A stretch of 57,216 nucleotides of DNA from an uncultured Candidatus Saccharibacteria bacterium. GTDB taxonomy: Bacteria > Patescibacteriota > Minisyncoccia > Phycocordibacterales > UBA2100. This document shows positions 16,564-26,086 of this stretch, in pieces. The stretch is taken from NCBI GenBank assembly GCA_964424265.1, contig CAYRHX010000006.1, positions 1-57,216 of the forward strand, read 5' to 3'. The position numbers and the translations under genes were made by a program. The notes beneath the pieces were generated by a model that saw only the letters and a program-made list of their open reading frames with translations, had not been told where the DNA came from and did no database searches. Every line of letters starts with the position of its first letter. The first letter of the stretch is position 1.

Positions 16564-17205
16564 ATGGGTATGATGAATGAAGCCGAAGTCCTCGATCTTC
16601 TCCAAAGAGTCGGCGCATTTCGCGCAGGGCACTTCGTTTTCGTCTCGGGCCTCCATGCCGACACCTATGTAAATAAAAATGCGATGTATCCATTCACGCG
16701 GGAAATGTCGAAGCTCTGTCGCAGCATTGCCGAAAGATTTGTGGGAAAAGATATAGATGCGGTGGTCGGCCCTGCGACGGGAGGAATTATTCTCTCGCAA
16801 TGGGTCGCGTACCATTTGTCCGAAATAGAGGGGCGCGAAGTCTATGGCACGTACGCTGATAAAGATGATGAAGGAGGATTTGTGATCAAGCGCGGATATG
16901 ATGGCGTTCTCAAGGGAAAAAATGTGCTCGTCGTCGAGGATCTTGTGACGACCGGAGGGTCCTTGAGGAAAGTGATATCCGCGGCGCGCTCTGTGGGTGG
17001 GAATGTCGTGGGTGCCGTTGCAATATGCAACAGGGGTGGAGTGACTAAGGAAGCTGTGGGTGATCCTCCAGAATTCGTCTCACTGCTCACCGTTCATCTT
17101 GAGCAGTGGCCCGAGAGTGAGTGTGATCTCTGTAAGACCGGCATTCCCGTGAATGTGGATGTCGGGCACGGGAAGGACTTCTTGGCGCGGAAGAAGGCGA
17201 CGTAG
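16564..17205 (+). CDS. pyrE: Orotate phosphoribosyltransferase
   Basis: 213 aa. PRPP-binding loop VLVVEDLVTTGGSL. Adjacent to pyrF. Confidence 0.85.
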   Translation: MGMMNEAEVLDLLQRVGAFRAGHFVFVSGLHADTYVNKNAMYPFTREMSKLCRSIAERFVGKDIDAVVGPATGGIILSQWVAYHLSEIEGREVYGTYADKDDEGGFVIKRGYDGVLKGKNVLVVEDLVTTGGSLRKVISAARSVGGNVVGAVAICNRGGVTKEAVGDPPEFVSLLTVHLEQWPESECDLCKTGIPVNVDVGHGKDFLARKKAT

Positions 17206-17243
17206 TATAATCGCAGACATACTAATATCTAATTTCAATTCTC

Positions 17244-17735
17244 ATGAAACAGATCATGTGGGTAGTCGTAATCGTCATCGTTCTCGGGGGCGCGTATTGG
17301 TTTATGAAGGGTTATCAGGCTCCGATGGGCGGCACAGCATCAGATACTCAAGAAAATGTCGAGGGTATGATGCAACAGGGTATGCCGATCGTTGGAGGCA
17401 ATACGCCCGAAATGATCGTAATGGCCCCCATGTCTGCAACGGTATCGTACGATGGCAGCGCATTTTCTCCCGCAGATGTGACAATTAAGAAAGGGGGTTC
17501 AGTGACCTTCACGAGCACAGGAGTCTCGATGTGGGTTGCTTCTGCCGTTCATCCTCACCATACGAAGTATGCAGAGAACACGCTTGAGGAGCACTGCCCC
17601 GATACAGCAGGGACGGCATTCGATCAGTGCGAGACGGGGGCTACGTACACAATGAAATTTGATAAGGTGGGGACGTGGCCGTACCATAATCACGTGAAGG
17701 GCGGCGCATACGGCAAGATTACGGTCATCGAATAG
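17244..17735 (+). CDS. Membrane-anchored cupredoxin-fold protein
   Basis: 163 aa. N-terminal TM helix, then VTIKKGGSVTFTS...H...YTMKFDKVGTWPYHNHVKGGAYGKITV, which resembles plastocyanin/EfeO-type cupredoxin domains. Confidence 0.6.
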   Translation: MKQIMWVVVIVIVLGGAYWFMKGYQAPMGGTASDTQENVEGMMQQGMPIVGGNTPEMIVMAPMSATVSYDGSAFSPADVTIKKGGSVTFTSTGVSMWVASAVHPHHTKYAENTLEEHCPDTAGTAFDQCETGATYTMKFDKVGTWPYHNHVKGGAYGKITVIE

Positions 17736-17744
17736 CCTCGTTCT

Positions 17745-18143
17745 ATGCACGATTCCAGCGCGAGGGTAGCCAATCTGATCCTTCGCTCCGGACTCGCTTT
17801 CGCCTTCCTTTATCCTCCGATAAACGCAATTTCTGATCCGAATGCGTGGATAGGATACTTCCCGGGTTTTATGTATGGCATTTTGCCGGATCAAGTGCTC
17901 CTCCATTCGTTTGGCTTTCTCGAAGTGTTAATCGCCCTTTGGATTCTCTCTGGGTGGAGAATATTTTTTCCGTGCGCTATCGCGACTCTTATGTTGGCTG
18001 CGATCGTTGTGTTCAATGTGCACAATCTCCAAGTCCTTTTCCGCGACGTATCTATAGCCGCGATGGCTTTGGCTCTTGCTATGGTAAGCTGGCGGGATGA
18101 AGGCCGATCCAGAATTACCAGAGAAGCTCCAGGTGTCGTTTGA
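17745..18143 (+). CDS. Small 4-TM membrane protein, DoxX-like
   Basis: 132 aa, hydrophobic. The [11 protein letters not shown]...[14 protein letters not shown] pattern is reminiscent of the DoxX family. Confidence 0.5.
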   Translation: MHDSSARVANLILRSGLAFAFLYPPINAISDPNAWIGYFPGFMYGILPDQVLLHSFGFLEVLIALWILSGWRIFFPCAIATLMLAAIVVFNVHNLQVLFRDVSIAAMALALAMVSWRDEGRSRITREAPGVV

Positions 18144-19092
18144 GCGAAAAGAGGTACTGCGATACGGAGAAAATTCTCATCAGAGCGCGGCCCTCTACCT
18201 CGATTTGAGCAACCCACGCCCTGGCGCTGCTTCTGCGCGCAAAGTGCAAGGGAAAGAGTTGAGTTTCAATAATCTGCAAGACGCTGACGCGGCGTTTGAG
18301 TGCGTGGCGGAATTTGATGAGCCAGCTGCCGTTATCGTGAAGCACATGAATCCGAGCGGTGTTGCCGTTGCAGATAATGCTACAGACGCATATTTGCGAG
18401 CGCTTGCGTGCGATACCGTCTCTGCGTTTGGTGGCATCGTCGCGCTCAATTCCAAGATCACGACTGCACTGGCCACTGAACTCACCAAGATATTTCTCGA
18501 AGTGATTATCGCTCCCGATGCAGAAGACGAGGCCCTTGCGATTCTCTCTGTAAAGCCAAATGTCCGTGTACTTCTGACTGGCACGATGCCCGACGCGTCG
18601 CAACCGCGCGTGACGATGCGATCCGTCGCGGGCGGAATGCTCGTGCAGACGGCGGATGCAATGGTGTTCGACGGTCCCTCGACTAAGCAGGGGGCAAGCG
18701 AGGTCAAAGTTGTTACCAAGCGGTCACCGACCGAAAGGGAACTCGCCGACCTGATATTTGCGTTTACCGTGTGCAAACACGTGAAGTCAAACGCGATAGT
18801 GTACGCCAAGGATGGGGCGACGCTTGGCGTGGGCGCAGGGCAGATGAGTCGCATTTATTCCGCACGTTTGGCGGCTCTAAAGGCGACTGATAGCAACCTT
18901 TCGCTCGAAGGGTCTGTCATGGCCTCCGATGCTTTTATGCCGTTTCCCGATTGCGTGGAAGCTGCGGCGGAGGCAGGTGCGACAGCGATCATTCAGCCCG
19001 GCGGCTCCCTCAAAGATCAAGATTCAATCGACGCCGCCGACGTCGCCGGGATTGCGATGGTTTTTACCTGCATCCGACATTTTAGACACTAG
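18097..19092 (+). CDS. purH: AICAR formyltransferase domain only (C-terminal half of PurH; the IMP cyclohydrolase/MGS half is absent)
   Basis: 331 aa starting about 20 residues before the conserved LRYGENSHQ. Also carries [45 protein letters not shown] and the C-terminal IRHFRH. An in-frame GTG at 18133 is an alternative start that reduces the overlap with the upstream gene. Confidence 0.8.
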   Translation: MKADPELPEKLQVSFERKEVLRYGENSHQSAALYLDLSNPRPGAASARKVQGKELSFNNLQDADAAFECVAEFDEPAAVIVKHMNPSGVAVADNATDAYLRALACDTVSAFGGIVALNSKITTALATELTKIFLEVIIAPDAEDEALAILSVKPNVRVLLTGTMPDASQPRVTMRSVAGGMLVQTADAMVFDGPSTKQGASEVKVVTKRSPTERELADLIFAFTVCKHVKSNAIVYAKDGATLGVGAGQMSRIYSARLAALKATDSNLSLEGSVMASDAFMPFPDCVEAAAEAGATAIIQPGGSLKDQDSIDAADVAGIAMVFTCIRHFRH

Positions 19093-19242
19093 AGCGTGTT
19101 TGAAGACCTTGGTTTCGAGACGGTATTCCCTCGGAACCCGGATTTTTCTGCTGAAAAATCCTCAATCCTCGCACTCTTCGTGCTGCGGGGATTCCTCGAG
19201 AATACCGTCTCTCACCACCGGTTAAACGTTTTCAAACACGCT
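19093..19242. repeat. Palindromic ~150-nt intergenic element, copy 1
   Basis: Exactly fills the gap between the purH stop (19092) and the dapF stop (19243). Terminal inverted repeat AGCGTGTTTGAA / TTCAAACACGCT. Long internal stem GAGACGGTATTC...GAATACCGTCTC enclosing two hairpins. A second copy is at 27093-27245. Confidence 0.8.
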
Positions 19243-20085
19243 TTAAGGGATATCGACCTCTCCTTCGAAGACGCTCTCTGCCGGGCCCGTCATCTTTACA
19301 GACATCGGGGAATTGTTTTTCTCATTCCAGCGGATAGTGAGTTTACCGCCTGGCATCGAGACGGTGACTGATGTGTCGAGCAGTCCGCGGCGAATGCCGA
19401 CGACTACCGCAGCGCATGCGCCCGTGCCACATGCGAGCGTTTCGCCTGTTCCGCGTTCCCATACGCGGAGTTTGATATTTTTGCGGTCGATAATTTGCAT
19501 ATAGCCGACGTTGGCACGCATAGGGAAGCGCGGATGATTTTCAATCCGTGGCCCCTGCGTCGTTACGGGTGCAGTACGGACGTCGTCGATCACTTGCACC
19601 GCGTGAGGATTGCCCATCGACACTGCCGTTATTTTAATTGTTGTGCCATCCACTTCGAGCGGTTGAATGACATCAAGTGTGCCGTCGGTAAACGGAATGC
19701 GTGCAGGATCAAATACCGGCACGCCCATGTCGACTGACACTTCTCCATTCAATTCGATGCGCGGAACAATAATTCCTGCTCTGGTCTCGACGCGGATTTC
19801 CTTCTTCAACGTTAGTTTCTTATCGCGTACAAAGCGTACAAAACATCGCGCGCCATTACCGCACTGCTCTACTTCGCCGCCGTCAGAATTCCATATTCGA
19901 TAGCGGAAGTCGGCATCAGCACTTTGCGCCTTTTCGACAAGGAGTATCTGGTCGCATCCGATGCCGAAGTGTCGATCCGCGAGTTTGCGGGCCAGCCTAC
20001 GCGTGATGTGAATCTTTTGATTGATGCCGTCGAAAACGATGAAGTCATTGCCGAGTCCGTGCATTTTAGTGAATCGAGCTTTCAT
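19243..20085 (-). CDS. dapF: Diaminopimelate epimerase
   Basis: 280 aa. [13 protein letters not shown], two catalytic Cys contexts ([10 protein letters not shown] and ACGTGACA). Confidence 0.9.
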   Translation of the reverse strand: MKARFTKMHGLGNDFIVFDGINQKIHITRRLARKLADRHFGIGCDQILLVEKAQSADADFRYRIWNSDGGEVEQCGNGARCFVRFVRDKKLTLKKEIRVETRAGIIVPRIELNGEVSVDMGVPVFDPARIPFTDGTLDVIQPLEVDGTTIKITAVSMGNPHAVQVIDDVRTAPVTTQGPRIENHPRFPMRANVGYMQIIDRKNIKLRVWERGTGETLACGTGACAAVVVGIRRGLLDTSVTVSMPGGKLTIRWNEKNNSPMSVKMTGPAESVFEGEVDIP

Positions 20086-21281
20086 AGCGCCATCGTGAAA
20101 TGTTCTTGTATTGAGCGGACTGCGCGTTCAATTGTATTCCGGCTTCCAAACGCCGAGAGTCGCATGTATCCCTCGCCTCCTGACCCAAATCCCGATCCGG
20201 GAGTTGTGATGACGTGAGCTTTCTCGAGGAGATCGTCGAAGAAATCCCACGAGGATCTTCCCCCGGGGCATTTGAGCCAGATGTAAGGCGCATGGACACC
20301 TCCGAAGACAGTAAAACCCGCAACCACAAGACCTTCTCGAATAATCCGCGCGTTGTCCATGTACCATTCGATCTGCGAATGCGTTTGTCGTTGTCCTTCG
20401 GCAGAAAGGGCAGCGAGCCCGCCCTCTTGGGCAATATTAGACGCGCCGTTAAACATTGTCGTTTGTCGCCTATTCCACGTCTGATTCAATATTCCAGTGT
20501 GCGTGCCTTCTACAATCAGCGCCTTCGGCACGATGGTCCATCCTAGTCGTACGCCCGTAAATCCCGCCGATTTTGAAAAGCTCTGTATTTCAATGGCGCA
20601 CTTCTTCGCCTCATCGATCTCGTAAATGCTTTTGGGAAGTAGGGGATCTCGAATGTACTCGGAATATGCCGCGTCGAAGATGATGATGGCCTTTTTCTTG
20701 AGTGCGTAATCGACAAACGTGCCAAGCTGCTCTTTTGTCGCCACGGCTCCCGTAGGGTTGTTGGGGCTGCAGAGGAAAATAAGGTCAACGTGCCCCTTTG
20801 GGAGCGCTGGTATGAATCCGTTTTCTTCCGTTGCAGACATATACACAACTTTGTTTCCTGCGAGGAGTGCCGCATCTCGATATACGGGGTATACAGGATC
20901 GCTGATTGCGATCACACTGTCTCCCGAAAAGATAGAGGAAATGTTTGCGCAGTCGGATTTTGCTCCATCACTCACGAACACCTCGGTCGCTTCTAGGTCG
21001 ATGCCGCGGTTTGCATACGATTGCGCGATAGCTTGTCGCAGCCTCGCGTCGCCTTGCTCGTCTCCGTATCCCGTATACGTCTCTCGTTTACTTAGTTTTG
21101 CCACGCCTCGCTCGAGACCTTTAATTACAGCCGGCACAATCTCCTTCGTCGTATTGCCAATCCCAAGCTTGAAAAGTTCAACGTCAGGGTGAGAATCGAT
21201 AAATGCTCGAGCTCGTTTGGCTATTTCGGAAAAAAAGTAGCTCTCTGATACGTCGCTGAAGTGTGGGTTAATTTTTGCCAT
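20082..21281 (-). CDS. dapL: LL-diaminopimelate aminotransferase (DapL-type)
   Basis: 399 aa. N-terminal [20 protein letters not shown]...LGIGNTT resembles DapL. PLP-lysine context [15 protein letters not shown]. Confidence 0.85.
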   Translation of the reverse strand: MAKINPHFSDVSESYFFSEIAKRARAFIDSHPDVELFKLGIGNTTKEIVPAVIKGLERGVAKLSKRETYTGYGDEQGDARLRQAIAQSYANRGIDLEATEVFVSDGAKSDCANISSIFSGDSVIAISDPVYPVYRDAALLAGNKVVYMSATEENGFIPALPKGHVDLIFLCSPNNPTGAVATKEQLGTFVDYALKKKAIIIFDAAYSEYIRDPLLPKSIYEIDEAKKCAIEIQSFSKSAGFTGVRLGWTIVPKALIVEGTHTGILNQTWNRRQTTMFNGASNIAQEGGLAALSAEGQRQTHSQIEWYMDNARIIREGLVVAGFTVFGGVHAPYIWLKCPGGRSSWDFFDDLLEKAHVITTPGSGFGSGGEGYMRLSAFGSRNTIERAVRSIQEHFTMAL

Positions 21282-22173
21282 GTTTCATCAACTCAAGATC
21301 CTTGAGGCACTGTTTGACGGCGGGCCTGTTCTTTTTTTCGAGCGGCACGAGCGGTAATCGTAGGGATTCCTCGATCATTCCCATCATTGCGAGCGCTGAT
21401 TTCACGGGAATGGGGTTGGATTCGATAAAGTTGATATTCATAAGATTCAGCAGGCGAAAATGCATGTCTCGCGCCGTTTTCCAATCGCCTCGTAGTGCTG
21501 CCTGGCAAAGAAGTGTAAAATCTCGCGGCGCCTCATTAGACACCACGCTAATACATCCTTTGGCCCCGAGCGCCATCGCGGGGAGTGTGAGAGAGTCGTC
21601 GCCCGAGAGGACACTGAAGTTTCGGGGAGCGTTTTGCAAAAGTTCCCCAAACTGATTGATGTTGCCCGATGCTTCTTTTATTCCCACGACGTGCGGCACC
21701 TCTTTTGCTATTCGCAGCACCGTTGCAGGGAGTGCGTTCATGCCCGTTCGGCTTGGGACGTTATAGAGAATTATGGGAAGATAGACTGCTTTCGCGATCG
21801 CACGGTAATGAGCGACGAGTCCGTTGGGGGTAGGCTTATTGTAAAACGGTGTCACGTGGAGTAGGGCGTCGACGCCCTCCTTCGCCGCGAGCTGCGACCA
21901 CTTGATGGCCCTCGCCGTGTTGTTTGAGCCGGCGCCCGCGATCACGCGCACCTTTCCGTCGACGATCTTGACCGTGTGGCGAATCACTCGGGAATACTCT
22001 TCCTCGCTCAGAGTCGCCGCTTCGCCTGTCGAACCGCAGACGACGATGCCGTTGATTCCGCCATCGAGTTGGTAGGTGAGTAGTCGCGTGAGGGCGGGAA
22101 GATCAATGTTTCCGCTTTTCGTAAATGGTGTCACGATCGCAGTAAACGCTCCTTCCAAGGGGATCTTTTTCAT
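21268..22173 (-). CDS. dapA: 4-hydroxy-tetrahydrodipicolinate synthase
   Basis: 301 aa. VCGSTGEA, TPFYNKPT, GIKEASG. Confidence 0.9.
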   Translation of the reverse strand: MKKIPLEGAFTAIVTPFTKSGNIDLPALTRLLTYQLDGGINGIVVCGSTGEAATLSEEEYSRVIRHTVKIVDGKVRVIAGAGSNNTARAIKWSQLAAKEGVDALLHVTPFYNKPTPNGLVAHYRAIAKAVYLPIILYNVPSRTGMNALPATVLRIAKEVPHVVGIKEASGNINQFGELLQNAPRNFSVLSGDDSLTLPAMALGAKGCISVVSNEAPRDFTLLCQAALRGDWKTARDMHFRLLNLMNINFIESNPIPVKSALAMMGMIEESLRLPLVPLEKKNRPAVKQCLKDLELMKHGKN

Positions 22174-22907
22174 ACAATGTGTTTGCTCTGCATCACGTCG
22201 TCAAATGTAAAGAGTCCTTTTTTATCCTGAATGAATTCGGCGGCGAGGATGGATCCTTCGGCAAAACCCCGCCTATTGTGGGCAGCATGACTGATCGTAA
22301 TCGAATCGACTGCACTGTCGAAAACTACTTGGTGAAAGCCCGGATTTCGACCACCTCTCACAGAGGCAAAGTGAAGTTCGTCGGTGTGGATTTCTCGATC
22401 AAGTCTCGCGGTCTGCAACACTTTCTTCGTCGAAGAGTTATCCAATACTTCTTTCGCCGCTCGTAAGGCGGTGCCCGACGGGCTGTCTTTCTTACCCGCA
22501 TGATGTACTTCAAGGCCGTATGTATCGTAGGTGCCAAACACCGATGTCATTCTTGTCGCGTGTGCGATTAGACGAAGGAAAATGTGTGCACCGATGGAAA
22601 AGTTTGCTCCGTATACAAGGCCGACCCCGCTTTTTCTCACGATATCTTCCACAGTGGGAAGGTGATCGTACCAGCCGGTTGTTCCGATTACCATATTTTT
22701 TCCAGCGGACACGATGGCCCTGATATTCTGCAAGACTACTTCCGGGGAAGTGAAGTCGACGATCACATCTGCAGCTTTGACGAGCGTCGCGTCGATAGTG
22801 CCTCCCTTCTCCGCAAGAGTCACTGAGATGGCGTGTGTGCCTTTTTCTCGCGCGACGTGCTCGATTTCATGCCCCATTTTGCCGTGCCCCAGAAGTAGAA
22901 TGTTCAT
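22170..22907 (-). CDS. dapB: 4-hydroxy-tetrahydrodipicolinate reductase
   Basis: ORF trimmed to ATG 22907 (MNILLLGHGKMG). EVHHAGKKDSPSGTAL motif. Confidence 0.9.
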   Translation of the reverse strand: MNILLLGHGKMGHEIEHVAREKGTHAISVTLAEKGGTIDATLVKAADVIVDFTSPEVVLQNIRAIVSAGKNMVIGTTGWYDHLPTVEDIVRKSGVGLVYGANFSIGAHIFLRLIAHATRMTSVFGTYDTYGLEVHHAGKKDSPSGTALRAAKEVLDNSSTKKVLQTARLDREIHTDELHFASVRGGRNPGFHQVVFDSAVDSITISHAAHNRRGFAEGSILAAEFIQDKKGLFTFDDVMQSKHIV

Positions 22908-23017
22908 GTAGGTATGCAGGGCGAATGCGCCCGATGCGCACAGTACGGGCACAAACGAGAAAAGAGAAACTTTGGTTCAATATTTACAAATTTATTACGA
23001 ATTGTTATATTTGTAAC

Positions 23018-23668
23018 ATGAGAACCGTGAGCCAAGTCGTGGAAGAGGTGATTCAACGTTCTCCTTTCTTGGCGGAGGCTATTGCAGAGGGCGTAGCAAA
23101 TAACGCGCATATTGCTCGTAGGATCAAACCCGCTGTAGAAAAAAGGCTTATGGAAGGCGTCTCTGAATCTGCAATTGCGATGGCGCTCCATCGGATGACG
23201 AAGAGCTTGCGCCTACCCGCGTTCGGCATGCGTTTCTTGAAGCAGCTCAACGACATCACCGTTCGCTCGCGTCTCGTCGAATTCGTGTGTCCGAATTCGG
23301 AGGAGCTTTCAGAGCTACTGGATGCAATATCGAAAGGCGCTCGTCGACGCAAAGACACATTTGTAAATTTCTCCCGTGGACTTCACGAGTCGCTCCTTAT
23401 CGTCGATGATGTGTCGGCGCGAGATGTCGCAGCCGTTCTCCCGACGCATAAGAAGATCATCCGCAAAGATGATCTTTCTGCAATCACGCTTCGGCTTCCG
23501 GAATCGAGTCTCAATGTCCCAGGCCTGTACTATCCAATTTTAAAGGCACTCGCTTTTGAAGGAATTAGTTTTGTCGAGGTCATGTCCATTCGCACAGAGC
23601 TCAGCATCATTTTTGAGGACGCGGATGTGGACCGCGCCTTTTCTGCGCTGAAGCGGATTACGTCGTAG
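23018..23668 (+). CDS. Hypothetical protein with a C-terminal ACT-like domain
   Basis: ORF 22835-23668 trimmed to ATG 23018, because the longer form overlaps dapB. The C-terminal ...GLYYPILKALAFEGISFVEVMSIRTELSIIFEDADVDRAFSAL resembles the ACT domains of aspartokinases. Confidence 0.5.
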   Translation: MRTVSQVVEEVIQRSPFLAEAIAEGVANNAHIARRIKPAVEKRLMEGVSESAIAMALHRMTKSLRLPAFGMRFLKQLNDITVRSRLVEFVCPNSEELSELLDAISKGARRRKDTFVNFSRGLHESLLIVDDVSARDVAAVLPTHKKIIRKDDLSAITLRLPESSLNVPGLYYPILKALAFEGISFVEVMSIRTELSIIFEDADVDRAFSALKRITS

Positions 23669-23670
23669 CG

Positions 23671-24816
23671 TTAGTCGACCAAGACCTCTTTTGGTTTGTC
23701 GCGCAGATTGTAATCTGAGCTCATGGTGTAGCCGTAGGCCCCAACGTCGGCAAGGAGAAGCATGTCGCCGATCTCTGGCTTCGGTATTTTCCGGTCAGTC
23801 GCAAATCGGTCGGAAGATTCACAGATGTTGCCGACGACCGTAACGACCGCTGGCTTTGCATTCGGGCGCGTGAGATTGAAGATGTGGTGGTAGGAGCCGT
23901 AGAATGCAGGACGGATGAGGTGGTTGAATCCAGAATTAATGCCAACAAACGTATGTTTTGGCGTCTTTTTGATATCAACGACAGTGGCAAGGAGGCATCC
24001 CGATTCCGCGACGATATACCGACCAGGCTCGAGGCGTAGTTCGAGATCACGGCCATAGGATGTACAGAACTTCGCAAAGGTCTCCCCGAGCTTCTTTCCA
24101 AGGATCGCAATATCGAGAGCCTTCTGATCTGGCTTGTAGGGGATGCCGAGTCCTCCGCCAAAATCCATAAATTGAAGGTCGGGGAATCCTTTTGCTGACT
24201 CAAGCAGCAATTTCATTGCGCGGATAAACGCGCCGGGGTTCGAGATATTCGATCCGATGTGTTGCTCAAGGCCAATGACGGTAAGGCTATATTGCTTTGC
24301 GATCTTTCGCGCTCTAGGAAGGTCGGTGTAGTAGATACCAAATTTGCTTTCAGGGCCACCGGTAATGATGTGGCTTGTGGCTCCTGCGCCGAATCCACGA
24401 TTTACGCGCAGTGAGACTTTGGAATGCGGTTTCATCTCTCCCCACCATTCGAGTTGCGTAAGTGAATCGAGGTGTACTGAGCTCACGTGCGCCGCTACCC
24501 ATTTGAGTTCCTCTCTGGAGATATAGGAGCAAGTATACGAGATGCGCTCACGTGGGAACCCGACACTGATCGCTCGTTCCACTTCTCCACGGCTCACGCA
24601 CTCGATAGATGAACCAGCCTCTTTCAATAGGACGAGAATTTCTTTATTAGAGTTGGCTTTGCATGCGTAGTAGAGCTTCGTCTTTGGGTACTGGATAGAT
24701 TTTAGGAGATTCTTGTACTGATTTTCGATAACACCCCTTTTATACACATACAGTGGTGAGCTGTGTTTGCCCATAAGTGCTTTCGCCTCAGAGGTATTCA
24801 AAAGTGGCTTTTTCAT
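23671..24816 (-). CDS. lysA: Diaminopimelate decarboxylase
   Basis: 381 aa. YYACKANSN (PLP-Lys), GGGLGIPY, EPGRYIVAESG, and the C-terminal CESSD motif. Confidence 0.9.
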   Translation of the reverse strand: MKKPLLNTSEAKALMGKHSSPLYVYKRGVIENQYKNLLKSIQYPKTKLYYACKANSNKEILVLLKEAGSSIECVSRGEVERAISVGFPRERISYTCSYISREELKWVAAHVSSVHLDSLTQLEWWGEMKPHSKVSLRVNRGFGAGATSHIITGGPESKFGIYYTDLPRARKIAKQYSLTVIGLEQHIGSNISNPGAFIRAMKLLLESAKGFPDLQFMDFGGGLGIPYKPDQKALDIAILGKKLGETFAKFCTSYGRDLELRLEPGRYIVAESGCLLATVVDIKKTPKHTFVGINSGFNHLIRPAFYGSYHHIFNLTRPNAKPAVVTVVGNICESSDRFATDRKIPKPEIGDMLLLADVGAYGYTMSSDYNLRDKPKEVLVD

Positions 24817-24964
24817 GAGGCGAGCATAGCATAATGAGTAAAAATGTGGAGGCAGGGTGTACCGATTGACAGAAAAGTCTTATGCGTGTTACATGGATCC
24901 CTATCCGCATCCTGCGGGTATAGTTCTTCGCCGCGCGGAGCGGCATTATGAGGAAGAGGAAAAA

Positions 24965-25177
24965 ATGACCGACGAAGAAGAGGCAAAAAAAATTGCCGAG
25001 GCCGCCACGATTGTGGCGGCGAAAGTGAGACTCCTTTCCGTCACCGAAGAGGTGACGAAAGGACAAAAAATTGGAATCGCCCGCGAGGCGGCGGGCTTCG
25101 TGGGGCTGCAAATTGCCCCGAACGGCGGGGAAGAGCCGCACTCGACAGTACGGGCGATCCTCGAGCGGGTCAGGTAA
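24965..25177 (+). CDS. Hypothetical 70-aa acidic protein
   Basis: Internal ATG of ORF 24857-25177, preceded by GAGGAAGAGGAAAAA. Followed by a hairpin plus T-tract at ~25203-25240. No family recognised. Confidence 0.3.
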   Translation: MTDEEEAKKIAEAATIVAAKVRLLSVTEEVTKGQKIGIAREAAGFVGLQIAPNGGEEPHSTVRAILERVR

Positions 25178-25236
25178 CTCACTCAGATTGGGCACGCTCC
25201 AGGAAGCGAGACGCCACTGCGCCTCGCTTTCTTCTT

Positions 25237-25275
25237 TTATATCCCCTGCGGCTGGTGGCGGAGGTAGGCGTTATA
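25237..25275 (-). repeat. Relic copy of the trxB 3' end, a direct repeat of 26087-26125
   Basis: 28 of the first 30 nt are identical to the last codons plus stop of trxB located 850 bp to the right. In the trxB frame the relic still reads YLRHQPQGI-stop. Confidence 0.7.
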
Positions 25276-25436
25276 TGTGCTTTTCTCTTGAATCTTTGGC
25301 TTCTCAATTTCCACAGTCTACGGTGGCCCGCATTGACTAGATCTCTCTGAGGCGATATATTGTTGCTCATACACGCCCCAGCCGACCGCAAGGTTCGCTG
25401 GGGTTTTTCGTTGCCTATTGCTACAATTTGGAGCAC

Positions 25437-26060
25437 ATGCAAACGATACTGCTCATAGACGGCGAGAACATCAAAGGCAAAATCCGTTCTGTTTTTAAGG
25501 ATGCCGATAAGGGAAAGCCCGTATGGCACGAGTACGATTTTCGAGGACTTTTGGATAAGGTGTTGGAGGGCATGAAGAGAGATCGGGAAGTATTTTACTT
25601 TGCGCGTATCAAGGAGCACGAACAGAGCAAAGAGAAATCGAGACAGCTCATCGAAGACCAGCGACAGCTCAAGACGCATTTAGAGAAGCAGGGGTTTGAG
25701 GTGATTTTGAGCGGACGAGTACGCGGGCAGTTCGAGGACGGGCAAGGCGGCAAAAAGGTGCTGGTCTTCAAGGAGAAGGGCGTAGACGTGAAAATCGCCG
25801 TTGATATGGTCAGCTTATCGTGCGAGAAGAAGGTCAAAGAGATAATCCTCGGTAGTTCCGATAGCGATCTTCAACCGGCGATCAAAGAAGTGCGCGACCG
25901 CGAAGTCAGTTGTGTGTACCTTGGGTTTGAGGCACAGCCGAACAAAGGAATGACGTTTACGACGAATAGGACTATTTTGATACGGAACTCGGAACTCTTT
26001 GAGTTCGAGAAAATCCAACCCACGCTCATCAGCACCGCACCGTCAGGCCCCGAACATTAG
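25437..26060 (+). CDS. NYN-domain (LabA/PIN-like) putative RNase
   Basis: MQTILLIDGENIKG...KGVDVKIAVDM...ILGSSDSDLQPAI matches the conserved acidic positions of NYN domains. The track start at 25428 is a TTG, and ATG 25437 is preferred. Confidence 0.8.
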   Translation: MQTILLIDGENIKGKIRSVFKDADKGKPVWHEYDFRGLLDKVLEGMKRDREVFYFARIKEHEQSKEKSRQLIEDQRQLKTHLEKQGFEVILSGRVRGQFEDGQGGKKVLVFKEKGVDVKIAVDMVSLSCEKKVKEIILGSSDSDLQPAIKEVRDREVSCVYLGFEAQPNKGMTFTTNRTILIRNSELFEFEKIQPTLISTAPSGPEH

Positions 26061-26086
26061 TTGGGATCATTGCGGACAGGGGAAAT

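Noticed and set aside
22835-23017. The long form of the ACT-domain ORF starting at 22835
   Set aside because: The first 61 codons overlap the dapB 5' end on the opposite strand and translate to Cys/Arg-rich nonsense. The ATG at 23018 begins the plausible protein.
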